From NCBI GenBank assembly GCA_951406725.2, contig OX597831.1, positions 19,096,001 to 19,160,000 of the forward strand: a stretch of DNA of 64,000 bases. Reading direction: 5' to 3'. The stretch's first letter is position 1; every line of letters begins with the position of its first letter. This stretch comes from Octopus vulgaris (lineage: Eukaryota). Positions 38,961-53,659 of this stretch are shown here, one piece after another. A program made the position numbers and the translations under genes. The notes beneath the pieces are model-generated. The model made no database searches. It saw only the letters and a list, made by a program, of their open reading frames with translations, and had not been told where the DNA came from.

Positions 38961-41900
38961 GCGAGTCGTCTTTTATTTATTAGATAAGAACATAAATCCT
39001 ATACATGTGGATTGATTGGCATTTATTAGAAATACCAAGTAATTTTTATTTCCGTTCCTTATTCTACTTCTAAAATTATACATAGCATATCTTGGTCCAA
39101 TTTCTAAACTATAAATTCATCATTTAAAACGATTTAACGTATAGAATACGCAATAGCATGAGGGCTATTGATAATTTATTTGCGTGTTAAATATGTGCAC
39201 ACAATCATTTTATGTGATTTTTACTCACAGAAATGAATTTCCTTGAACGTTACAAATCTAAATACTCAATGCGCAAATTAGAATTGAGATATTGCGACAT
39301 CTATCATCTTTATCCTCACAGAGAATATTACAAGACTGATGCAAGACTTTATTACATTTATTCTAGATTTGCTTCGCTACAAATGTTAAATAATGCTCTC
39401 AAAGTAAAACACATCAGGCATTTATATATGAGGGATTGTTATTAAAGCCCTATTACAGTATTTCCAATACCTGACTTCAGAGTGAAGTAAAAATCACATA
39501 TTACTTATGCTCTCAGATATCGGTTACATCGTAACCGATACATAAGCAAAGTTTAGTGCTTCCATTAATTTTTTTTTTATATATGTTATTAATATATGCG
39601 TCATAATTTCTCTTGTGTGTCCAGTCATTGCTTCATGTTTGACAGATTATAGTTTACGTTCCGATAAAGTTATTTCTTGTTAAAAGTAAAATTTGAGGAT
39701 TACGATGAAACCTACAACAATTTCTATTATTCTTAACATTATTGATTTTGTTTGTATTACATAATTTTCATCCCGGGTGAATATTTCCAATATTATAATC
39801 ACAACTATTTGATAATTCCCAAAACTGACACAGTAAAAATCGATGAAATCTCACAAAGATAATTTCATGTTAGGTTAAAGCAGACCGTGCAGAACAATAT
39901 AAGATATCGGCAATGTCACGTGTAAAACTGCATACATTTGTAGTGAAGCCGATCTCTTGTAAAATTATGATTTCACTTTCACGGCTCATCTCATTGCATA
40001 ACTTCTTCAAAATGATACACATATATACTTCTGGCATAATATGATCTTATGTGTATGTAAGCAATAGAGTCACAACAGCAGTTGAAAACAGAGGTTGGCT
40101 CTTAAACTATTAGTGGAAGTAAAGTTTTGTTATTCAAAATGTTATATCGTTAAATATTTAAAATTAATTACTTAAGCTAGTTTACTTTAGTTCTCTTGTA
40201 TTGCATAAACATTTACCCTATAAGCTGTTCCCAGAGATGGTTTAATTACATGACGAAGAGGTTTGCTTGTATAGGTACAGATTATTGAACATATCTGATC
40301 AATTCCGTGTACCTTATGATTCTTAAAACCTATCACTTAGTGTGTTTTCGCATAATAATCCGTATTGTCATTGAGCTTTTCATTGATAACAAATTTATTA
40401 GCAACGTATATGTAAAGCATCACAATTATGTGATATTTCTTATTAAAAGGGTACACAAGTTATTGAAATACATTCAAAATATCACGGCATGGAATAATGC
40501 TACCGTGTGTGTAATATGAATCTAGCACCACATTCGAATCGTAATCGTAAGTCAAATGCACACTGCTATATTCTATGTATAGTGTAAGTTAATCTATGAA
40601 TAGCATTATTGTGACTGCAACAAGAACTTTATTCAATTTTATTCAACTTTATTCAATTTATTCAACTTCACTCAATTTTATTCATCTTTATTCAATACGA
40701 ATATGGAGTATATATTACATGTGTATATTACATGTTTCTCACTGTAAACACGTCTATTATATTCCATGGCACTCTATAATATCATGGTAATACCACATTC
40801 AAATGTAATACAACTGTATCAATGAAATTACACCGTGCTGCTACTGCAAACGTCCTTTGCTTTCTTTGGTTTTTGGTACAGCTATTGCAAATTCATTGGA
40901 AATGTTCAACATACTATTTCACCGATAGGAGAATAACAGCTGTGATTAATATAGAACAGTTTCAATAGCATATCCTTCATTTGTTGAAGCTGTAGTCATA
41001 TACTGAAGACACATTGGCAGCAGAAACACAGTGATTATTCCAACAGTGTTGCCAGAGCTTTTAGTCGTGCTTTTTTTCGGGTCTTTCTTAATCTGAAAGA
41101 AAACGAACAATATATCTTACAAAAAAATAAACCATGGAGATTTGAGGCTATAAAAAATACTGAAATTATGACCGTTGGATAGAGTAAGTCCTGTGTCACA
41201 TTATTTGGTACTTAATGAGTAGTTAAAACGCAGCTAAGTACCATATTCTTTCTTTTCTTGCTCGATCGTTCCATCAAGGATCTGTTTTAGTAAAAATATG
41301 TGATTGTTTTTATTGTGACAATAAAACAATTATTATTCGATCGATTGCTACTCATTGCACTGCGGTAGGAATAAGTGAATTAAATGCAAACTAAAGAATA
41401 TTATCACTCGCTCTTTGTTTTGACGAAGAAGACGATAGTAAACCAGTCTACATACCTCACACTTATGTCTATACATGAATTTGAAATTTTCCATACAATA
41501 TGGGTCTACTTTATGGAAACATCTCCATAAGCTCTGGTATCTCCTGGAAGGGAAAAATATAATTGAAAATTATACATCCATGTACTCTTGTGTAGTTTAT
41601 GTATTTCATGTTCCAATGTCAAATATATTCTGGACTCGATCTCGATTTTCAAGGGACCGAGTATTACACGTAGAAAGAACGACAGACAATACTCAGCCTT
41701 TAAAAACGTCTCAACTCATTTGCGTTGTTCTGTCAAAAGACATATCGCAGGAAAGTGCACAATTGCGTCAGGTTTAATATCATCCAATGTTTATCACTTC
41801 GAAGAATTGTAAAGAACTAGAGTAAATTAATTCAACTTCAATACAAAATTAACAAAAATCTATCTGTATGTTTCATATTGGCATGAGTATTACCTAGCAC

Positions 41901-42360
41901 AGCTTCTAGGTTCTTTTCTCTAATGCCATGCTGGGATATTGGCTGTAAATTGCCAATAATCCTAAGCCAGAGTGTAGCAGAATTGCTTTCACAAATGCTA
42001 TTTGTTCAATTACCATTCGTTTAGACCATAGGACAGGTTTATGCTATCAGAAATGGCAGTAATAAAATGTATTAGCCGAACGATATATGAAGATTAATCG
42101 TAATGGAAATGTGTAAATAGATCTAGAATTTCGTGAAAGGTTTTCTAACAATTAATATATGTCAATAATTAGATGTATATATATATATATATATACTAAT
42201 ATTAACATAGATACTAACAGTAAGATCATACATACATGCAGAATAATTTGGTATTTTCAGGGTGTGCAAATCTAGAACAACTATGTCTTGCTTCTCCAAC
42301 ACAATCAATTGACACTGCAACACCTAAAATATTTCGAATTTCATAATATACGAATACACA

Positions 42361-45000
42361 TGTAGAGATGCGAATGAGGTTTTCGTTGGCATCAATATGA
42401 TGACATTAAGAGTTATTAAGATACATAAGAAGAACAGCGACAAACTTTACAGTTGCGGATATAACATTGGAACGAAGCGGGGTGTAAAGCGATGTATTCA
42501 CAGACGTAACTTCCTTCTCCCAACACGCGAGACACCAACGGCATTCTTCCAGTTTCAATTAGACACGTTAATCTTTATAAGGCTTCAAAGAGCTCCCTTT
42601 TAATCAAAAGGATGTTACTATATATCCCTACAAATCCCATTTTCAGATCGACATCCGTTGGAAGTGGACTTTATTTTACACATCTCCCTTTTAGAGATTT
42701 ACTTCCCTTGGAAGCTTAATATTTTTTCGTTTTGGAACTACATCTAATGATTCTGTATTTTTTCTTTTTCTTGTACTAGGTTCAATGATTTATTGCGGAG
42801 TCGCTGCATCAAAGACATCGTAGAGAACTCCCATGGGTACTTCTTTCCTAGTAACAATTTCTCCAGTAAACCTTCAGCTGACTCATCTCTCTTTATTCCT
42901 ATTTCGAAACTGTCTTCATGTACATCATTCTACAGATCGGTTTTATTATTTCGCCGTCCTCCCAACCTTCCTTTCCAATTCTGTATTCTGTGAACAACAC
43001 CTTACCCCAAGCTTTTCAATATATGGTCGTATTTTTACTGTCTTGCCAAGTTTTCATTGATTGCTCAGGTAATTATTTGTCAAAAACTGACCTAGTTTTT
43101 CTTGTGAGCAAAAGTTCAGCAGGTGACTTGCTTGAAGAGGTATTTGGATATACCATTACCTGGTAAACTTACAGGAACTGTTGCAACGCTAACTCATACA
43201 ACTTATCCCTTCGATCTTGTGTGATACGAAGGAGGACATCTTGCAAAATTTCTAAAATTTACTCGCAGTAAATTTGTACCATTATCAGAGACTATGGTTC
43301 CCGGAACCCCATACTTTGCAAACATTCCCTGTAGAAATACCACTGTTACCGCGGGGGTAGGTTTTCAACATTTACTAATTTCTGGCTTTTTTTCTAAAGA
43401 CATCTACTACTATAAGATATCATCAGTTCTATGATCCTGCATGAATTGTATGAAGCCAGGTCCATGGAATATCAGTCTTGGACCAGGGTTGAAACTTTGT
43501 AGGAAGTGAGGGCGCTGAAGAGCTCAACTGTTGCAGGATTTTAGTAACTTTTCAATATCGAGATCCATTTTCGGTCGGTAAAAATAACTCCTCATAAGTG
43601 ACTTCATCCGAGAAATTCCAGGATGTCCAGTGAGAAGTCCCTTTAATATTCGACTTTGTAGTGATGCAGATAATACGGCCCTTTGTGCATATATAAGCAT
43701 ACTATAATATATCGAATACAAATTCGAAACTCTGTTACGTCCAGAAAAAATGTATTTTTTGTTTCTTTTGATTTGACTATTTTTCTTCATTTTCATCACA
43801 GACCCGTCCGTCTCTGCCTTAGTTTTTATTTCCCCCAGCCTCACAGGCAATTCATGCACAAAGTTGCATAAAATACTTTTTATTTTATTTTCCACACTTA
43901 ACGCCGTTCTTACTATGTTTTCTAGTGGAGTCATCATTCAGTAGGCTCATTCGCCTGCGTTGTTGTATAAGCGGGGATATCCTTCTTTCATCCATAGATC
44001 AACAGTAATAGGCGGTGGCCTGTCTGCAAACGTTATTTTCTCCCATGTATGAATTCATGGAATTTTTTACTGCAAATATGATGGTTAATGCTTCTTTCTC
44101 TGCATAATCGTAAATTTTGTCAACCAGCAATAAGGATCGCGAACCATGATCTACAAATTTCATATTTCTGGAAAATCACATCTCCAAAACGAATTTCATT
44201 AGCGTCAGATGCCATTTCTAAATTCAGGTTTAACTGTTATAAAAACAATTCCGATGTTAAGAGATTTTTAATTTCTTGAAAATTTTTTGGTATTTGTCCG
44301 ACTAATTCCACTTAACGTTTCTTTTTAATAAGTTATTCAGGGATGCTCTCAAATCATGCATATTCGGTATATATACCTCAGTAATTTGCGTGCCATAAAA
44401 ATACTTGTAACTATATATTGTTTCATGGGAGAGGGATATTATATATTGCAGTCGTCCTTGCACTCTTCCTTTAAGATTATCTATTATTAAAAATTTCGAT
44501 ATTCCCCATCTCCTTGTGCCTGCATATATGCTTCAAATAGGTCCAATTTCCTCCATTGAACTTCCCGAACATTTTGTCCGAACTTGGTTACGGGTAATCA
44601 TATGATATCAAACATTTGTTTAACGCTTTAGGAAAATCAGCTTATACACGGATTTTTTATATTTTTGTTGATATTAACTGTTGGGCTCGCAATCCTAAAA
44701 TGTCTCGTCGACACTATTATATCCTTGGTTGCCTATATATGCTTTTAAGAAAGCTGTGGGAAAGCAAAGTATTCACAAACCAAACTTCCGACTGTCATCA
44801 CCCGAGACTCCTGCATCTTCTCTTGTCTCAAGGAGACACATTATTCTTTATAAGAGTTCGACGTGTCCTCCTTTTAATCGCACGGGGGTTTTAATGTCTA
44901 TCACCACAAAAATATTATTTTTCAAATGGATCCAATCCACGTTTGTATTCTGCAAACGATGAGCAGTTTTGCTATAATATAATATCAATAATATACACTC
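42361..45000 (-). mobile_element. Duplicate of the intronic Gypsy relic (LTR 42361-42632)
   Basis: Nearly identical to 24063-26110 up to ~44410, then only a diverged related RT sequence. Confidence 0.85.
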
Positions 45001-46124
45001 GACTTATAGCTGTAGCTGAAGGGTATGAACATATATCATAACCTTTATTACCATTCCTCAACTGATGATTTATTGCCAAATTTTGATCTAAATTCTTGTA
45101 GCATTTCTCTCCTTAAATTTTGTCGTTTTTTAGATATATAAAAGTCACAAGTTTAACCGTTGCCAGTTGTTTGTCTGTTTATACTTTATATTGTTGGGCT
45201 TCTACCGGCACCTTTGGAGCAAAGACAATAGCAAATCACCACCAGGCAACCTACATGTTTAGTTTCAGCCCATGTTGCATGTCAGTCTGAGCATTTACCG
45301 CATTTCAGATCGAATGTTATTAGTATCACTAATTATATATATAAATATATAAATATGCGTGTGTGTGCGGGGTCTGTGTGTCTGTATGTCTGTGTGTCTA
45401 TGGGTGTGTGTGAGTGTTTGTTTGTGTGTCTGTGGGCGTGCGTATACATGTCTGTGATGTGTGTGTGCATATCCGTGTTTATGCGTATGTGGAGAACCTT
45501 TCTTTCTATTGATTAAAAAAATCCATCAATAGCAGATATGCTGTCACGTGTACATGCTACATGTACATGATCTGACATAAGATACATCTAAATTTACGTC
45601 ATTTAGATATTGTAAACATTTTAAATACTGTGAAATATTTTGTACACCAAGTATGAATGGAATGGAAAGATTCATGCCGAAATGATTCAGCTGATAAAAT
45701 AGAACATTCTAAACATCATATCAACAAAAGGAGACTGCAATTCATCCAGCAGATTCAAAACATTATCGATTACAAACCGAGAATATAGATGTAGATTATT
45801 TTCGAAAATCTCGCGGTATCAGAGTTAAACATCAGAAGTGTTGGGCACAAAATCTTTCTGAACTGAGCTTCTGCTAATTTATGTCGTCCAGAACACAGAA
45901 AATGGTTTCATCTGTACCAAGTGGTTACTTAACAACGTTAAAACGATCGCGAACATTGCAAGATTTGGGTTTTGGGAGAAGAAAATTTGGAAAAGACAAA
46001 CGTTTTGTCCACTTATAAACAATTACTTATTAAGGTGGGAAAATGATCAGAAAACCGTTTGTATTAATCTTTTCAAATATATAATAACATACCAAGTATT
46101 TACTATTAATTACTCTACTATAAA

Positions 46125-46170
<46 letters not shown>

Positions 46171-46175
<5 letters not shown>

Positions 46176-46709
46176 ATCAAGGAGCAGCCATAATAGGCCA
46201 TTCACCCACTAGAAATAACAGCCAAAGCCTCAACCGCAAAATAACATCAATTCCGTAAACAGGAGAAAATTAAAAAAACGTTTACCCTGCAATTTCTTAT
46301 ACGATGCACCGTTTCGTCTACTGTTTAATGGTAAAACTAACCTGATTAAATTAAATCAAGCCAATCTTCCATAGGCCCTTCGATTCATCAGTAAGAAATA
46401 GCCATATCGGAACAGATATTTTCACGAGGCATTTCTGTTGCTGCAACAGAAATGCCTCGTGAAAATATCTGTTCCGATATGGCTATTTCTTACTGATGAA
46501 TCTAAGACCTATGGAAGATTGGCTGATTTAATTTAATCAGGTTAGTTTTACCATTAAACAGTAGACGAAACGGTGCATCGATAAGAAATTGCAGGGTAAA
46601 CGTTTTTTAATTTTCTCCTGTTTACGGAATTGATGTTATTTTACGGTTGAGGCTTTGCTGTTATTTCTAGTGGGTGAATGGCCTATTATGGCTGTTCCTT
46701 GATCGTGAT
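46171..46709. repeat. Fold-back element (~268-bp arms) with hammerheads, in intron 1 of copy B only
   Basis: Near-perfect inverted repeat centred at ~46441, inserted in a (TA)n tract. Confidence 0.95.
46289..46402 (-). ncRNA. Type I hammerhead ribozyme with a long stem-II insert
   Basis: gctatttctta-CTGATGA-...-GAAA-cggtgcatcg-TA-taagaaattgc; stem II pairing is weak. The plus-arm copy (46482-46592) has lost the U of the cleavage site. Confidence 0.65.
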
Positions 46710-46810
46710 GTTGAACTTATAAATGGTCTATGACTATTTAATTTTTTTCCCGCTAGGCCGCTGGTGGCAAAAAATTCTACAAAATTTTTTGCCACCCTAT
46801 ATTGATTAAT

Positions 46811-46942
<132 letters not shown>

Positions 46943-47186
46943 AAATCATATTAAATGGAAATGGAAGTTAATGAAAATTTACATTTCCAGTGGTCTATTA
47001 TGTAAAATTTTTAGTGCAAAAGACTATATATTACTTATACGATATAGTGTATATTTAATTCCATGAGGAATATACTTATAGGAATTCAATACGCTAGAAA
47101 GAACAGCTAGGTTCTATAACCACAAAATTAGGGATAAATCTCAACAAGAACGAAATGGAAAATGAAAAACATTTTACCGTCTAGTT

Positions 47187-47260
47187 TCCTGGACCAATTG
47201 GTTTCTGATTTTAGTTTAGCAAGTCAAGGAACTCGCTAGGTGCAATCTTCTTCAGCAGGA
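47187..47260 (-). ncRNA. Type I hammerhead ribozyme
   Basis: tcctg-CTGAAGA-agatt..aatca-GAAA-ccaattgg-TC-cagga on the minus strand. Confidence 0.88.
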
Positions 47261-47511
47261 CCACCTAGGGTTAAACGTATACACACTGGGCGATGAGAAC
47301 TACTTGTCCCGTATTTATACGTCCTAACCTCTTCAAAATCTACTGCGCAGCCGCAGACCTTCGCTAGCAATAAAAAAAAGGCAACTTTTAAAACCGAAAA
47401 TTATGCCGGCGAAGGTCTGCGGCTGCGCAGTAGATTTTGAAGAGGTTAGGATGTATAAATACGGGACAAGTAGTTTTATCGCCAAGTGTGTATACGTTTA
47501 ACCCTAGGTGG

Positions 47512-47585
47512 TCCTGCTGAAGAAGATTGTACCTAGCGAGTTCCTTGACTCGCTAAGCTAAAATCAGAAACCAATTGGTCCAGGA
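47512..47585 (+). ncRNA. Type I hammerhead ribozyme; predicted cut after C47580 (GUC)
   Basis: tcctg-CTGAAGA-agatt-..tagcgagt-tccttg-actcgcta..-aatca-GAAA-ccaattgg-TC-cagga. Confidence 0.9.
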
Positions 47586-48625
47586 AATTAGATCGTAAAA
47601 TGTTTTTCATTTTTCATTTCGTTCTTGTTGAGGTTTATCCCTAATTTTGTGGTTATAGAACCTAGCTGTTCTTTCTAGCGTATTGAATTCCTATAAGTAG
47701 ATTCCTCATGTATTTAAATATACACTATATCGTATATATCTATATATATATATCTGTGTATGTATGTATTTATGTATGTATATATGTATGTATATAACAC
47801 TCGCAATTACTTATGAAAATTCAAAAGTAGTTATCATTTCGCTACTTACGGAAAAGAACAAAGAAAATAAATATGGAATATTTTATTACGTAGTTTAGCG
47901 TTGGACTCAATAACTGCTCAATCTCTGACGATATAACGCTGTAATTTCTTTTATAATAGTGATGTAACATGTGTCGGAACGGTGCAACAGCCTAATAAAT
48001 TGGATTTATGGCGTTCTTTTGTAATATTTCCGACGTATTTGTTGATTTAGAGAAAATTGTCTACATTATTACGTACGTTTGATGAATTGTTTAAAAGTTT
48101 AAAGTAACTATCTTAATGTTGCCTGTAAATTTCTAAGCTTCAAAAGGGTCGAGCGGCTATCAGGTATTGGAGGTTGTTGGGGTGTCAGCCTTTCAAACCT
48201 CATAGACGTCTGCTGGCAACATATTTAACTCGGGTAAGAGTAAACATACAATATTTCTCTGCTCTTTTCACAGCTATATTTCGTTGGGAATTTAATTGTC
48301 TGAAAATCACTAATACGTTCGGGGATTCCAAAGTTATCCTGAATATCATCTGAGATAGCGGTCTAATGACTGCATGTTTGTTAAAGCAAGAGCTTTCAGT
48401 CTGTCCGCACTTACTTTACTTTCCTATTTCACACAGAGAACGGTTAAAGTGATAGAAAGTCTCCTGGGAAGCGTAGAGGCGGCGAAATGTGTAGATGCGG
48501 GGGATGTACAACTTTCACCATAAGATATATCGTGACGGATGTGTATCTGCTTTTCTCAGGGGAAATAGGTCACAAACATACTTTCCCTTGACACAAGAAC
48601 ATTGTACACACACACACACACACAC

Positions 48626-48717
<92 letters not shown>

Positions 48718-49132
48718 TCTTCCGGCTACACCAGCAATGTAACTACACACGTACTATTAGCGATTTCTTTTCCTTATTTGGACTTTTCTACTCCTTTCCG
48801 ACAAAGTGCTCAGCACGAAATGTCAACTCCTTATTTTTACCAAGTGTTAATTATACACATTCCTTAAACCCGTTCTCTTGCTCTCCCTTAGCTGTATTCG
48901 TTTATTTGAACAGTGTTTCTTTATGTGAATTCCTGTGTTGAAGCATATATCGTTGTGTCTGGAGAGAGTCATTCAGTTTTAATGTTTTATTAACACACTC
49001 GCCGCTTCCATTTCCACTCATTTACTTCTTTATTTTCTAAAATTTTCCTTGTTTCTTGCAACCTCTTCTTGAAGTAACTGAGTGTATTAAGTACTAAGAC
49101 ATTAATAGAGAATGTCTCACGCCACCCGAGGC

Positions 49133-49794
<662 letters not shown>

Positions 49795-49924
49795 TTCGAC
49801 AAAAAACACCTTTTATCGATTCAATAATGATTTTTTAAATTATACTATTTAGAAAAATTACATACTATAGAAAGATAAATCATAGAACAATGATTAAGTA
49901 ATGTGCAAAATAATAAAACATAAT

Positions 49925-52900
49925 AGGGATATATTTATCTAAAATGTACTTACTGATTATCCCGATATCAGATCTAGCAGGGCATATGAGTCTTAGCGCT
50001 GGGTTGGTGTGGAAGTTCGGTTTATGGTCCTTCACTATAAATCTGGGTTGCTTAGGGCTAAGCGGCTGAGTTTAAGGAAATAATATTTAAACACCGAATT
50101 CAAATGAGAACTCAGCCGCTTAGCCCTAAGCAACCCAGATTTATAGTGAAGGACCATAAACCGAACTTCCACACCAAACCAGCGCTAAGACTCATATGCC
50201 CTGCTAGATCTGATATCGGGATAATCAGTAAGTACATTTTAGATAAATATATCCTAGTTTAGTAAACAAGCTGAAGCTCAGCCTCTGGGCCAACTCCTCG
50301 CAGGTAGTGAAGTGGTTCTCTTCCATCCCCAATAAGAACCGTACTAGGTTCCTTCAGTTTGATATCGCCAGCTTCTACCCCTCGATTAACCCTAGTGTGC
50401 TAAATAAGGCCCTCTGGCATGCTCACAACAAGGCTGGCCTCACCAGAGAAGAGATAGATATCATTTTAGTTGCCAGGAAATTGTTTATTAAGTTTGATAA
50501 TAAGTTGTGGATCCGTAAAGATACTCCCAATGAATTTGATGTGCCTATGGGTAGTTCGGATAGTGCGCAGATAGCCGATTTGGTCGGAATATATATTCTC
50601 TACGAATTGTCCGACCAATTCCCGGAGATCGCGGGCGGCCTGTATCGTGACGATTGTCTGTTTTACCTGCAAAACACCACGAACAGAATAGTGCAGAAAA
50701 CTAAGAGCAGGTTAGCTAGGTTTTTTAATAGAATGGGCATGAGTATAGTTTTTGATAATGAACTCACCAAGGCTAATTTCCTAGACGTTACACTTAACCT
50801 TAATTGCGACTCATACTGCCCTTACCATAAGCCTTCCACTAATTTGTAGTATGTCAGTGTCTTCTCAAATCATGCCAAAACCGTAACAGACAATTTGGTT
50901 AAAAACATCTCTCTAAGATTGTCTGGCTTGTCCGCCAGTGCCGATATTTTTATGCAGAAAGCGGAATTTTATAACGCCGCACTATCCAAGGCCGGTTATA
51001 GGCAGAAGGTAATTTATATTGATCCGGCCCTTCCGATGCCATCATTCGGTCATCAGGATAGGGCCGTATATAATAACATTAACAATTTAAGTAAGGACCG
51101 GAGCGCGGCGGATGCCGGAGTAGTCGCTCCCGCATTTAATTTAGCGAACAAGGATAATTATCGGTCCGGGAGGTCTTACACTAACCCAAGACCCGTTATT
51201 CATCCAAGAATCACCCACCCGAATGCGAGAGCTGGCGTCCCGACCCATCACACTGATAGGAATAAGCATATATGGTTTGTAATCCCCTTTGGTAAGCAGA
51301 TTAGAACTAACCTCCCCCTCATGTTTAGACAAGCCATCGCCAATAACTTCCCCAGAAATTCCAAATATTACTCCACGGTTAACTCGCATAAAGTTAGGAT
51401 AGCTTTCTCCAACACTAAAAACCTCGCCCAGATAATCGCCTCCCATAATAATAGGCTACTTACTAAGACCCTATCACCTTTTTCCGGAGGCACAGCCTCT
51501 TCCGCTCCCGGTTTAATGCTCAGTAGGAATAATTATAGTAGTAACAATGATATGAGAGCCAGTACAGTGACACATAATCTCATCTCCAGCCAGGGCGTAC
51601 CCACTAGGGGTATAGTTATAAATAGGGGTGTTGTGGTTGACGGTAACAATGGGAGTAGGGTAGAGAGCCCCAATAGCATCCCCAGCATCATTTCCCGCAA
51701 TAGCAGCACCACGGGCACTAGCAATGACAGCACTCTGATAGATAGTGGAGAATCAGGGGTTATTCCTATAGATAATAGTGACGTAGTGGAAAATAGAGTA
51801 GTAAGCGGCTGCAGGTCTCGGAACGAATATAGTGACAGGAACGCAGTTCTAATTTCAGAAACTAATCCTAGCAGAATAAGATTCACGTCGTCGAACTCCA
51901 AGATCAAAAACGCCGTCTACCAATGCAAGGTTTACACGGACTCAGATGTCTTCACTTATGTAGGGGCCTTATCCTCAAGATTGTCTTTGCGAGTCTCCAA
52001 CCATTACGCAACTTTTCGGGACATGAACAAGCGCCAGACCACGGGACTCAGTAAGCTAATATGGCGATTGAAGGATACGAACTTAAGCTACAGGCTGGAA
52101 TGGTCAATTTTGTCGGTGGCCCTCCCATTTGATAGGGGCAGAAGGCAGTGCAACCTTTGTGTCTCCGAACTCTTCCATATTTTGTTTGCCAGAGGCCGGA
52201 TGGTAAACGGGCTTTTACAGTCGGCTTTTCGATGCCCCCATTGGCGGCGTTACACTTATCTGGCTTTTAAATAGCGTTTATAAATAATACCGGCACCCAT
52301 AGCCCTTGGTAACAAATTCTGAAATAGCCTTTAAGATATCTACGATTAACCACTGCAAGGGGAATTACTCCTGTAAGATAAACGGGGCTTGGTTTTTTCA
52401 CAACGGGGGGTTTCCTTGACAAGGCAGGCTTAGATGAACACACACACACATAAAACATAATATATATTTTTTTTTCTGCCACCCAACGGTTCTCACTGCA
52501 GTAGCCACTGACAGCCGAACGATCAAACGCACACACGTACACAAAAAATGTTTTCTACCCCTACGCCAGCACACACATATATAGAACAGTATACACACAC
52601 ACATCTCTAAGAAGATTTTTTCTCGCCCCTTATAAAACATCCAATATTCCTTAAATAGTCAGAACTTTATTCTACACACCCTCACCCACATGATTGACCG
52701 ATGCCTGACCCGTTAAATTCTTCAGCCACCGGTTCTCAACATACACTGATAAACAGTTTCGCCATGGGCTCTTAGGAGCCTAGTTCGATTTGTTTTGCTT
52801 CGCCTCTGTTCTGTTTTTGTTTTTTCCAACGGATTTCCTATTTCTTCCTGAAGAGAAAGACACAATATGGTCCCATTATTCAATCGGATTTTGGTAAATT

Positions 52901-53137
52901 GTGCCTTTCGAAACACGTGTAGAATGAAATAAAACGATTTCTGTTCAATCTGCGTTCAGCTCCATTTCTTCAATTCACCAATAATATTTTAATTTCAATT
53001 ATCCGCACCAACGCACGGTTGCAACACCATATGGTTGTACCTCCAACCGTGCTGTTTACTGCTGTGATTTTTGCTACCAAGGTATCGGTTAAACTTTTGA
53101 TTAATCTACTACAAGATTATTCATCTTTCTATTTCAC

Positions 53138-53140
<3 letters not shown>
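49925..53140 (+). mobile_element. Penelope-like retroelement (RT + GIY-YIG), 5'-truncated with a 5' inverted segment and a 3' pLTR
   Basis: RT motifs KDHKPNF, LRLICP, FDIASFYPSI, MGSSDS, GLYRDD and NFLDV; endonuclease NAVYQC..YVG..CNLCVSE..RCPH. One frameshift (~50255) and one in-frame TAG (50847-50849); 49925-50072 is an inverted copy of 50109-50256. Confidence 0.95.
52839..52931 (+). ncRNA. Type I hammerhead ribozyme in the Penelope pLTR; predicted cut after A52921 (GUA)
   Basis: tatttcttc-CTGAAGA-gaaagacacaat...attgtgcctttc-GAAA-cacgtg-TA-gaatgaaata. Confidence 0.92.
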
Positions 53141-53195
<55 letters not shown>

Positions 53196-53659
53196 TGTAT
53201 GTATTGAAAATTAAGAACTTTGACATGGAAACAAATAGATGGATGCTCACAGCCAGACTTTACTCTAAAGGTTGCATGCACTCCATACTTTGTATAACGT
53301 TATGTAATATTTTGATAAAATATAGTAGGAATGAAAAACTGAAGCTGACATCTTTTAAAATAAGTATTTAATATTTTCGGAACTAATGGTTGGAAATACT
53401 TTCACAACAATACAAATTTCTGCTGTATTTGCATAATATTTATTCATATTTGTATGAGTATTAGAGTTACAATCGCAGGAACGAATACTGATTCGATGTT
53501 CCCCTGTAAAGAGCAGAAAAATATATTTATATATATTGACGAACTTTTAATATAAACAAAAAAGAAAGCAGATTTCGTTTTTTTTTCTGCTAGTACTTTC
53601 ATGCTTCACAATTTTAAAAGGTATTAGCCAGTCAACGAACGACATCTCATTATACTTTT

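Larger units (their letters stand above)
47037..47735. repeat. Fold-back pLTR-like element (~325-bp arms) with two hammerheads, in intron 1 of copy B only
   Basis: 47037-47364 is inverted against 47408-47735; flanked by (TA)n. Confidence 0.95.

Noticed and set aside
39233-39445. 70-aa plus-strand ORF after a possible splice acceptor
   Set aside because: No recognisable motif, partner exons or homolog in the window.
48795-48830. ccgacaa-agtgctcagcac-gaaatgtc minimal hammerhead-like motif (related truncated piece at ~34150)
   Set aside because: Two core substitutions and no stem I; probably a dead relic.
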